From the NCBI GenBank assembly GCA_017303755.1, contig JAFLBS010000007.1, forward strand, positions 92,470 to 156,469: a stretch of 64,000 nt of DNA. The letters are read 5' to 3'. A program made the position numbers and the translations under genes. Below are positions 1-8,407 of the stretch, one piece after another (within the stretch, counting starts at the first letter, position 1; every line of letters begins with the position of its first letter). A model generated the notes under the pieces. It saw only the letters and a list, made by a program, of their open reading frames with translations. It did no database searches and was not told where the DNA came from. The stretch is from Flavobacteriales bacterium. GTDB lineage: Bacteria > Bacteroidota > Bacteroidia > Flavobacteriales > Flavobacteriaceae.

Positions 1-240
1 TGGTTTTATTGGTCCGGATTTTATTTGCACTAAATCGATATCCTCAGAATATCTTGCTTGCGGTTTTAGAAATAGTTTATGCAATGCGGTTCCACCACGA
101 AAAGCTAAATTTTCATTTAGAAATGGGTCAGCAAATATTTCAACAATTGCTCTTTCAATGATAAGATCTTGTTCTACTTGTCCATTCTCTGGCCAAGGAG
201 CAAACTCTCGCCATTCTTCTATGTATCTTCTTGGAATCAT
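1..240 (-). CDS. abiEii: AbiEii-family nucleotidyltransferase toxin (type IV TA), N-terminal part; runs off the window edge
   Basis: Manual translation from ATG at 240: MIPRRYIEEW...LAFRGGTALHKLF...RYSEDIDLV (GGTAL and SEDID motifs). ATGA overlap with the abiEi stop. Not in the ORF track. Confidence 0.9.
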   Translation of the reverse strand, partial: MIPRRYIEEWREFAPWPENGQVEQDLIIERAIVEIFADPFLNENLAFRGGTALHKLFLKPQARYSEDIDLVQIKSGPIKP

Positions 241-1094
241 AAATCACTTTCGATTTTGATGTTGTTTATAATACGCCATTTCGTATTTGTATTTCCTTTT
301 TTATTTTTTCCTGGCATTAATGGTATGTTTGTTCCTTTTTTAACTGCTATAGTAGTGTAAATTACTTGACTTAGTTTCTCATTTTTAAGTTCATATTCTA
401 ATAAATATCCCAATCGTTGCACTGCTGCTATTTGAGAATAATTTTTAGCTGTTTTGACTAGTATATTTGGTTTAATTACTTCAACTAATTCTTTTAAGAT
501 TGTAATCACACGGTTCATTCCTAATTTATCTACGTAGTAGAGTAAATCTAAAGCTGTAAGTTCTGGAGAAGAAACATTTATATATCCTGCTTCTGTTTTT
601 ACTTTTTGGATGTCTTCTTTGTTCCATTCATTTTTTACTAAGAAGTTTATTTTTAGTTTTTTGTTTTTGATGTCACGTAAAGCTGGTTTCTCTGTAATTA
701 CAAATGTTTCCATTGATTGTTGATGTGATGCTCCATGAATTGCTGCTGCAGAAATTAAACCCAAATAATAGTTTTTGTTTAGTGCTACCATCATGTCATC
801 TAGGTACATATTACTAGGAATTACACCGTATCTTGAATATTCTGCAGGAAGTATTGTATAAAAACCTTTACGGATTTGAACAATTTTATTTTTTACTTTT
901 AGTCTATATAAGTTTTGAAGAATTGCTTTATCAGTTACTTCTAATTTATCTTTTAGTTCTTCTAATGTAAAGGCATATCTGCCTTTAGCTCTAACACTAT
1001 CAATATATTCTTCTAAATAATTATATGTTTGAATTCCTGTTTTCACTAGTATATTTTGTTTGCTATCTACTACACAATGTGTAGTGTTACGCAA
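237..1094 (-). CDS. abiEi: AbiEi-family antitoxin (type IV TA)
   Basis: N-terminal wHTH (FTLEEL...LYRL...IRKGFY), YYLGLISAAAIHGASHQ and SSPELTALDL motifs. Coupled to abiEii. True start is probably GTG at 1046, because a TATATTTG -7 box overlaps the called start. Confidence 0.88.
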   Translation of the reverse strand: MRNTTHCVVDSKQNILVKTGIQTYNYLEEYIDSVRAKGRYAFTLEELKDKLEVTDKAILQNLYRLKVKNKIVQIRKGFYTILPAEYSRYGVIPSNMYLDDMMVALNKNYYLGLISAAAIHGASHQQSMETFVITEKPALRDIKNKKLKINFLVKNEWNKEDIQKVKTEAGYINVSSPELTALDLLYYVDKLGMNRVITILKELVEVIKPNILVKTAKNYSQIAAVQRLGYLLEYELKNEKLSQVIYTTIAVKKGTNIPLMPGKNKKGNTNTKWRIINNIKIESDL

Positions 1095-1521
1095 ATATAA
1101 TATATTATATACTAAATAGAAGTTTTTGCTACTAAATAATATACTAAAAAGTATATTATTGCTATTTAATATAAGTTCTTTCTATTTTCCATTTATATAA
1201 ACTATTCGTTTTTCACTATTAAGTTTGTCCTAAATTTGGTCAATGATTAGGATTTTTTTATTTCATATTGGGATATGAACTTGTTACTTTTTTCGACTTT
1301 TCCAACTACCATTTTTGAAATAGTCTTTTTTATGTTGAATAATTTTCATGTGGATGTAAGCACCAATTAGTATAACTGGAATAGCTATTAGAATTTCATA
1401 CCACTGCATAACGATTGTAGATTTGATTAATTTGCAAAACTACATTGCGATTATTGTTTGAGCAAGAAGTATAGTGTGTGATTCCGGAATTGAATACTGT
1501 AAAAAAATGAATTCTTGCTTA

Positions 1522-3009
1522 TTATATTTTAACTAACCTTTCTTCTCCAAGATTTTTTTCTGTCATATGAGACCATAGTTCAGCATAATTTATTATTCTT
1601 CCTTTGTAGCCTGATAGTTTATATATTAATACAGCAATCATAAAATGTAATCTAAGCGAAACATGTAATGCCTCTCTAAACTCTTGATCCTGTCCAATAG
1701 TTTTTAGAAAACTTCCATGTAAAAAGCGATTACGTTCTTTGAGTAAATCTTTCTGTTCCTTTGTTAAATCATAACCAAGGTAGTTAAATGATTCGCTTAA
1801 CTTATCAGCATTTGGAGGTGAATTAAGTTTATAAATATTCTTAATAAATATCTCCATATTAAATTGCTCATCATCTAATTCATTTACTTTTTTTCTTTGT
1901 TCAGCTATCTGTATAATATCTTTTATTAATTCATTTGCTATTTTGGAATTTTTTATAGGATTTAAAGGGATTTTAGTAGAACTTAATTCGCTAGAAATAT
2001 GGCCAGTAATAGCTTCAATTGCTACATAATAGTTTGGAATGCGAATTTCCAATGACGCAGTATGACTTTGGACATAAATAAGCACAGCTCGTTGTAATTT
2101 TTCATTCTCATTTAATAAAGTTGAAAGCGATGAGAACACTTTATTAGAAAAATAGTTTAAATCTTTATTTAATTCATTAATGAGAGAACTATTTAAAATT
2201 CCATTTTCATCTCTCTCAAATTCTATGTCACTATGTACAGAATATGGATTTGTTGTAAACGTTGGTTGATTCGTTTTAATGCTTGACCTCATTGAATGAT
2301 AAAGTACATTATCAATTTTGTCCATACTTTCTTCTAAGAAGGAGATAAAATATGCTTCATCATGAATTAAATTTCCTTTAATAAAACCTAATGTAAGAAG
2401 TATATTGAAGCATTTTTTTTGGAAATCATCTAATTGTGTTGACGTAATACAATCAATAATTATATAATGATCTGAACCAAATTTAAAATTATATAAGTGA
2501 AAGGTCTCGTTTGAAATATTTATTGTAATGAAACTAACAGACTTTTTATTTTGTGTTTCAAAGTACGAACTTTGGAAGTCATGAATATTAAACGCCTCTT
2601 TATTTCCAACTGGAATTACACATCTTAAAAATTTATCTTCAAAATCTTTTAAATCACTACAAGTAGAAAAACTTGTAATAATGCCACAAAATATTTTTTC
2701 TAAATGTTCGTCATCATAAGATATTTTATTTAGCAAAATATATTTACCTAATGTGAATAATGAGAAATTTTCTTTTTTAAGTTCAACTATTTCTTTGGAA
2801 TCAAAATTAAGTTCTTTGTGAGTTTGTATACCTTTTAATATTTTTGATGAAGAACAAAAATTAAATTGTCTTTCACCTTTTTCTAATTCAAAGATTCTAT
2901 CATTTAGATGATGATTTTTTGCTTTTACTCTAAAATTGGCAGGATTAATTAATTCGAGAATTCTTTCTAATGATGGTTCAATACTTTTTACAATTGGAAT
3001 ATAAGCCAT
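1522..3009 (-). CDS. HEPN-domain protein, ApeA-like putative RNase
   Basis: 495 aa. C-terminal helical region with AIEAI and an RxxxxH motif (RNRFLH). Lies next to an AbiE locus. Confidence 0.65.
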   Translation of the reverse strand: MAYIPIVKSIEPSLERILELINPANFRVKAKNHHLNDRIFELEKGERQFNFCSSSKILKGIQTHKELNFDSKEIVELKKENFSLFTLGKYILLNKISYDDEHLEKIFCGIITSFSTCSDLKDFEDKFLRCVIPVGNKEAFNIHDFQSSYFETQNKKSVSFITINISNETFHLYNFKFGSDHYIIIDCITSTQLDDFQKKCFNILLTLGFIKGNLIHDEAYFISFLEESMDKIDNVLYHSMRSSIKTNQPTFTTNPYSVHSDIEFERDENGILNSSLINELNKDLNYFSNKVFSSLSTLLNENEKLQRAVLIYVQSHTASLEIRIPNYYVAIEAITGHISSELSSTKIPLNPIKNSKIANELIKDIIQIAEQRKKVNELDDEQFNMEIFIKNIYKLNSPPNADKLSESFNYLGYDLTKEQKDLLKERNRFLHGSFLKTIGQDQEFREALHVSLRLHFMIAVLIYKLSGYKGRIINYAELWSHMTEKNLGEERLVKI

Positions 3010-3051
3010 TCGAATATTCTTTTAATTTTTAAAACTCTATTTGTACTATAA

Positions 3052-3059
3052 CAAAAGTA
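3052..3059 (-). promoter_or_regulatory. Bacteroidota -7 promoter box for the HEPN gene
   Basis: TACTTTTG on the minus strand (TAnnTTTG consensus), ~45 nt upstream of the ATG. Confidence 0.5.
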
Positions 3060-3117
3060 TTTTAATAATTTTTAATTGACTAGAATATTGAGTTTTTTAA
3101 AAATTTATTATATAAAA

Positions 3118-3137
3118 AAAGATGCCGAAGCATCTTT
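3118..3137 (-). terminator. Intrinsic terminator after the XRE gene
   Basis: AAAGATGC-cgaa-GCATCTTT hairpin with a T-run on the minus strand. Confidence 0.65.
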
Positions 3138-3162
3138 AATAGTATAAATTGTTTGGGATAAT

Positions 3163-3402
3163 TTATTCATCTAAATCAAATTTGAAATCTAGTAGTTCTT
3201 TTGGAGTCTTACCCAATCCTTTTGCTAATTCAATTAATGTTGTAAAAGCAAGGTTTCTTTTACCGCTTTCTATCATACTAATATTACTCTTAGTTAAATT
3301 ACTATTAGCCGCAACTTGATCTTGACTCAAATTCAAATTCTCACGAATTTTCTTTACATGTTGTCCAAATTTGACTAAGTTTTTATCACGTATTTTGTCC
3401 AT
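3163..3402 (-). CDS. XRE/Cro-C1 HTH transcriptional regulator
   Basis: IRENLNLSQDQVA...ISMIESGKRNL HTH_3 pattern. Divergent from susC. Confidence 0.9.
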   Translation of the reverse strand: MDKIRDKNLVKFGQHVKKIRENLNLSQDQVAANSNLTKSNISMIESGKRNLAFTTLIELAKGLGKTPKELLDFKFDLDE

Positions 3403-3516
3403 TGTGTAATCAATTTGAACAAAAAGCGTAATTTTTCACAATAAAAATGTTATAAGAACTTATAACAAAAGCATTTTTTTTATTATATTCGCAAAGTTCA
3501 AGATAGCCTAATAAAA

Positions 3517-3547
3517 TTGGCATAATCTAGAATTTTAAATACATTTG
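3517..3547 (+). promoter_or_regulatory. Bacteroidota promoter for the long susC leader
   Basis: TTGG (3517-3520), 19-nt spacer, TACATTTG (3540-3547). Confidence 0.6.
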
Positions 3548-3559
3548 CGATTCTTCAAA

Positions 3560-3722
3560 TACAATATTGAAGCATTCGCTTTGAATCTCGCATCGTAAAA
3601 CTGGTAATTTTAGCAACGAGATGATAAGTAAGATGCTCACGCTCTCGGGTGTGGGCTCACTTATTGTTGCAAGGTATACCAGTACCTACGGTGCAGTAAG
3701 CTGAGTTCCATGCCTTTTTTTA
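3560..3722 (+). ncRNA. Candidate structured 5' leader / cis-regulatory RNA
   Basis: GC-enriched stretch with stems TCTCG/CGAGA, ATAAGT/ACTTAT, GCTCACGC/GTGTGGGC, AGGTA/TACCT, a crossing CTGGTA/TACCAG pairing, and a terminal T-run. Confidence 0.4.
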
Positions 3723-3862
3723 TTCTACAAAATTGGTTTATTCACAGATTTAAAGCATTGCTGAAAGCAAGCATCGCAGTTGTTTTATTAACTTTTAAAA
3801 CTGTGTGCCTATGCTAAAAACATCAAATTAAACTTCAGATTGCGTTCATGATTATATCGAAA

Positions 3863-3887
3863 AGATTGCTTCGTGCCTCGCAATGAC
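3863..3887. repeat. REP-like palindrome
   Basis: AGATTGCTTCGTGCCTCGCAATGAC with an ATTGC/GCAAT stem. Related copy at 4081. Confidence 0.65.
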
Positions 3888-3977
3888 ACAAACAAAAAAG
3901 CCCTCTATCTCGTCGGGAAAACTAGAATAGAGGACTGGACAAACAAAACTAATGTTTCATTTAACTCAACCAAAATT

Positions 3978-6900
3978 ATGAATAAATTTTCATTGTACAA
4001 GGACAGGTGCATTATTATGATGTGCTGTCTTTGTTTTCAAATGACGTTTGCTTCAAGAGAAAAGAAGCAAGAAGCAAGTGGAGATTGCTTCGCCAATTCG
4101 CTATCGCTCGTGTCCTCCTTCGTCGGAATGACAAAAATACAGCAAAATATTACTGGAATAGTCAGTGATGCCAATGGCGCATTGAATGGTGTAACAGTCT
4201 CAATTAAAGGCAAACCAATAAATACTATAACCGATGCCAATGGTCAGTTTACTATAGCTGCTACTGAAGGCGATGTGCTTGTTTTCAGTTTTGTAGGATA
4301 TAAGGAAGTCGCAGTCGCAGTTGACAGTCGCAGTACTATCAATGTTACAATGCAGGAAGATGCAACAACTTTGAAGGAAGTGGTTGTGAATGCAGGGTAT
4401 TATAGTGTAAAAGATAAAGAGCGAACTGGGAGTATATCAAAGATTACTTCTAAAGATATAGAAAAACAACCTGTGACTAATGTACTTGCGGCTATGCAAG
4501 GACGTATGGCTGGTGTTGATATTGTACAGGATAGTGGAAGTCCGGGTGGTGCTTTTAGTATTAAAATTAGAGGTACGAATAGTTTGCGTGCTGATGGAAA
4601 CCAACCGCTTTATATTATAGATGGTGTTCCATATTCGTCGGAAACAATTGGTTCTATTGCTACTTCTGGAACGGCACCGAGTTTGACTAGTCCGTTGAAC
4701 TCGATTAATCCTAGTGATATTGAGAGTATTGAAGTGCTAAAAGATGCTGATGCAACGGCGATTTATGGTTCGCGTGGTGCTAATGGAGTGGTATTGATTA
4801 CTACTAAAAAAGGAAAGGCAGGTAAAACGACTGTTACTGTGAATGGTTCTACGAGTGTTGGCAGTGTTACCCGAACTCCGAAATTGATGAATACGCAACA
4901 GTATTTGGCAATGCGCCAACAGGCATTTGCCAATGATGGTATTAGTGTTTATCCCGATTTTGCTTATGATGTGAATGGCACTTGGGATGCTAACCGCTAT
5001 ACGGATTGGCAAAAGGAGTTTATTGGAGGTACTGCTGAGGTAAACAATTTGCAAGCTTCGGTTTCTGGTGGTAGTGCTAAAACTCAGTATTTATTCAGTG
5101 GGAATTATAGAACGGAAACGACTGTTTTTCCTGGTGATTTTAAGTATAACAAAGGAGCTGCGCATTTTAACATGAATCATACTTCTGACGATGACAAATT
5201 TAAGTTAGTGTTTTCGGCAAATTATACTGCCCAAAAGAATAATCAACCTGCTACGGATTTGACTGCAGTATCGCGAATCTTGGCACCTAATGCACCAGCA
5301 TTATATGATGCTGATGGGAACTTGAATTGGGAGAATAGCACTTGGGATAATCCGTTGGCAACCATGTTGTCGGAATTTGATTCGAATATAAAAGACTTGA
5401 CTGCGAATACAGTTTTGTCTTATCAAATTTTAAAGAATTTACAAGCGAAATCGAGTTTTGGTTATTCGGATTTGAAGAATACGGAAAGCAGAACCCAGCC
5501 GCATACGATGTATAATCCGGCTTATGGATTAGGAAGTGAGTTTTCGGGATTGAGTGTTAGTCAGACTGATAGAAGTACTTGGATTGTTGAACCTCAATTG
5601 AATTGGAATACCACTCTTGGAAAAGGAAAAGTAGAAGCTTTGGTTGGAAGTACTTTTCAGCAACAGAAAACCAATCGATTGTTTATGAATGGATTTGGAT
5701 TTTCGAGTAATAGTTTGATTCACGATTTGGCTTCGGCATCGATTAAAACTATTGACTTGAGTGATGAAACGATCTATAAGTATCAAGCCTTTTTTGCCCG
5801 AATCAACTATAATTGGAATGAACGTTATCTACTAAATATTACCGGTCGCCGTGATGGTTCGAGTCGCTTTGGAACTGGCAAGCAGTTTGCGACTTTTGGC
5901 GCTGTTGGTGCGGCTTGGATTTTCTCGAATGAAAACTTTTTAAAAGATAATTCAGTGTTGAGTTTTGGAAAATTACGCACGAGTTATGGAACGACTGGTA
6001 ATGATCAGATTGGCGATTATCAGTTTTTGGACACTTATGCTTCATCGGGCAACACCTATCAAGGATTGATTGGATTGCAACCGATACGTTTGTTTAACCC
6101 CGAGTTTGGATGGGAAACGAATAAGAAATTTGAAGTGGCGTTGGAAACTGGTTTTCTGAAAGATAGATTGTTTTTGACTACTGCGTATTACTTTAATCGT
6201 TCCTCTAATCAGTTGGTTGGTATTCCGTTGCCCGGAACGACTGGGTTTAGTTCGTTGAATGCTAATCTTGATGCTACGGTTCAAAATAGTGGACTGGAGT
6301 TTACACTACGAACAGTAAACATTCAACGCAAGGATTTTGAATGGACAACCAATTTTAATATTTCGGCTAGTAGAAACAAATTGGTTTCTTATCCCGGATT
6401 GGAAAGTTCTCCTAATGCTAACCGCTATGTGGTTGGACAACCCATCAACATAGTTAAAGTTTATAATTACACAGGTGTGAACCCAACTACTGGTGTTTAT
6501 GAGTTTGAAGATGTGAATGGTGATGGTGTAATTACTTCGATAGGTGATAGAACTCAGATTGCCGATTTGAGTCCGGATTTCTTTGGCGGTTTGCAAAACA
6601 ATTTCAAATATAAAAACCTGCAATTGGATTTTCTGTTTCAGTTTGTGAAGCAGGAATCGTTTGGACCAACACCTGGTGTTCCGGGAACTCCAGTTAATCA
6701 GTTGGCAAGTGTGAGCAATTCTGATGGGCAACAGCCTTTTACAAGTGGCGTTAATGGAGATATTATTAATGCGTATTATCGTTATGCATTGAGTACAGGC
6801 AATATTGAAGATGCTTCGTATGTGCGCTTGAAAAACATATCATTGACGTATGATTTGCCTTTAGAAAAGAGAACAGGTGTTCGATGTCAATTGTATTTAC

Positions 6901-7016
6901 AAGGTCAGAACTTATTGACTTTTACCAATTATTCTAACGGAGATCCCGAATTTAAGTTCAGTAATTTTTTACCACCGTTGAAAGTGTATTCGGCAGGTGT
7001 GAAACTGACTTTATAA
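3978..7016 (+). CDS. susC: SusC/RagA-family TonB-dependent outer-membrane transporter
   Basis: CarboxypepD_reg-like N-domain, plug motif INPSDIESIEVLKDADATAIYGSRGANGVVLITTK, C-terminal beta-strand. Start moved to ATG 3978; the track's GTG at 3873 lies inside a REP element. Confidence 0.95.
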   Translation: MNKFSLYKDRCIIMMCCLCFQMTFASREKKQEASGDCFANSLSLVSSFVGMTKIQQNITGIVSDANGALNGVTVSIKGKPINTITDANGQFTIAATEGDVLVFSFVGYKEVAVAVDSRSTINVTMQEDATTLKEVVVNAGYYSVKDKERTGSISKITSKDIEKQPVTNVLAAMQGRMAGVDIVQDSGSPGGAFSIKIRGTNSLRADGNQPLYIIDGVPYSSETIGSIATSGTAPSLTSPLNSINPSDIESIEVLKDADATAIYGSRGANGVVLITTKKGKAGKTTVTVNGSTSVGSVTRTPKLMNTQQYLAMRQQAFANDGISVYPDFAYDVNGTWDANRYTDWQKEFIGGTAEVNNLQASVSGGSAKTQYLFSGNYRTETTVFPGDFKYNKGAAHFNMNHTSDDDKFKLVFSANYTAQKNNQPATDLTAVSRILAPNAPALYDADGNLNWENSTWDNPLATMLSEFDSNIKDLTANTVLSYQILKNLQAKSSFGYSDLKNTESRTQPHTMYNPAYGLGSEFSGLSVSQTDRSTWIVEPQLNWNTTLGKGKVEALVGSTFQQQKTNRLFMNGFGFSSNSLIHDLASASIKTIDLSDETIYKYQAFFARINYNWNERYLLNITGRRDGSSRFGTGKQFATFGAVGAAWIFSNENFLKDNSVLSFGKLRTSYGTTGNDQIGDYQFLDTYASSGNTYQGLIGLQPIRLFNPEFGWETNKKFEVALETGFLKDRLFLTTAYYFNRSSNQLVGIPLPGTTGFSSLNANLDATVQNSGLEFTLRTVNIQRKDFEWTTNFNISASRNKLVSYPGLESSPNANRYVVGQPINIVKVYNYTGVNPTTGVYEFEDVNGDGVITSIGDRTQIADLSPDFFGGLQNNFKYKNLQLDFLFQFVKQESFGPTPGVPGTPVNQLASVSNSDGQQPFTSGVNGDIINAYYRYALSTGNIEDASYVRLKNISLTYDLPLEKRTGVRCQLYLQGQNLLTFTNYSNGDPEFKFSNFLPPLKVYSAGVKLTL
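4081..4132. repeat. REP-like element inside the susC reading frame
   Basis: GAGATTGCTTCG...TTCGTCGGAATGAC has the same ends as the 3863 element and is translated as GDCFANSLSLVSSFVGMT. Confidence 0.6.
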
Positions 7017-7027
7017 TCTTAATTTAT

Positions 7028-8407
7028 ATGACTATGAAAAATTTTAAAATAACAGTACTTAGTTTATTTGTGTTACTTAGTTTGATGGGTTGTGATAGCT
7101 TTGTGGATGTTGAGACACCCAATTCGCAACTTACAGGTTTGACTGTTTTTGAAGATAGAACTACAGCGAATGCTGCACTGATTGATATTTATTCCAAACT
7201 TAGAGATACAGGATTACTGAATGGTTTGACTACTGGTTCTGCCGTTGGTATGGGATTGTATGCTGATGAATTGACTTATTACGGAACTACGGATGATAAC
7301 ATTTCGTTTATTTTTAATAATACGTTGCTACCGACAACATCCATTGTATCTCAGTTGTGGAATGAAAGTTACCAGCAAATTTATTGTGCCAATGCAGTGA
7401 TTTATGGTTGCCAAAATTCCACTGGCCTTTCGACTTCGGATAAAAATCAGTTTATTGGCGAGGCACTATTTGTTAGGGCTTTGGTGCATTCTTATTTGAC
7501 GAATTTGTATGGCGATGTGCCGTATATTACTACTACGGATTATGAGGTAAACCGCTTGGCGACTAGAATGCCAACATCGGAAGTTTATAACAATATTATT
7601 GCCGATTTGCAACAAGCGATTGCATTATTACCCGAAGCTTATTTTGCACCTGAGCGCGTTCGACCTAATCGTTCGACAGCATCGGCATTGTTAGCACGCG
7701 TGTATTTGTATAATGGGAATTGGGCAGAAGCTTCCAATGCTGCTTCGGCTGTTTTGAATAATGCGGAGTATGTTTGGGAAACGGATATTGATAAAATATT
7801 TTTGAAAGATTGTACGGCTACGATTTGGCAGTTTTCTCCGAAGTTGTCGGGCAATAATGCTGATGAAGGTTCTGTTTTTGTATTTCAGACAGGACCACCG
7901 CCGTTTGTTGGATTGCGTGCCGAATTGTATAGTTCGTTTGCGAATGATGACCTTAGAAAAAGTCATTGGATTGCCACTGTAACAGATGGTTCTAACACTT
8001 GGTATCATGCTAATAAATACAAACAAAATACGAATACTGGAACTTCTGTGGAGTATTCGATTGTGTTTCGATTGGCGGAGCAATATTTAATTAGAGCCGA
8101 AGCGCGAGCACGACAAGGCGAATTGAGTAATGCCAAACAAGACTTGGATATGGTTCGAAGTTTGGCAGGATTACCGAATACAACAGCTAACACTGAAGCT
8201 GAAATTATTGAAGCTGTTCAACAAGAGCGACGTTATGAATTGTTCACGGAATATGGACATCGCTTTTTTGATTTGAAGCGAAATGGTGCTTTGAATACTG
8301 TTTTGCCGATTGTGAAACTGGGTTGGAATAGTACCGATGTTCATTGGCCAATTCCCGAAACGGAATTATTGGCTAATCCGAACTTAACTCAAAATCCCGG
8401 TTATTAA
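7028..8407 (+). CDS. susD: SusD/RagB-family lipoprotein
   Basis: Lipobox LMGC, GEALFVRALVHSYLTNLYGDVP, FRLAEQYLIRAEA, ERRYELFTEYGHRFFDLKR. Confidence 0.95.
   Translation: MTMKNFKITVLSLFVLLSLMGCDSFVDVETPNSQLTGLTVFEDRTTANAALIDIYSKLRDTGLLNGLTTGSAVGMGLYADELTYYGTTDDNISFIFNNTLLPTTSIVSQLWNESYQQIYCANAVIYGCQNSTGLSTSDKNQFIGEALFVRALVHSYLTNLYGDVPYITTTDYEVNRLATRMPTSEVYNNIIADLQQAIALLPEAYFAPERVRPNRSTASALLARVYLYNGNWAEASNAASAVLNNAEYVWETDIDKIFLKDCTATIWQFSPKLSGNNADEGSVFVFQTGPPPFVGLRAELYSSFANDDLRKSHWIATVTDGSNTWYHANKYKQNTNTGTSVEYSIVFRLAEQYLIRAEARARQGELSNAKQDLDMVRSLAGLPNTTANTEAEIIEAVQQERRYELFTEYGHRFFDLKRNGALNTVLPIVKLGWNSTDVHWPIPETELLANPNLTQNPGY

Noticed and set aside
3873-3977. Track's N-terminal extension of SusC from GTG 3873
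   Set aside because: The start lies in a REP palindrome, and the signal-peptide-like segment begins at ATG 3978.
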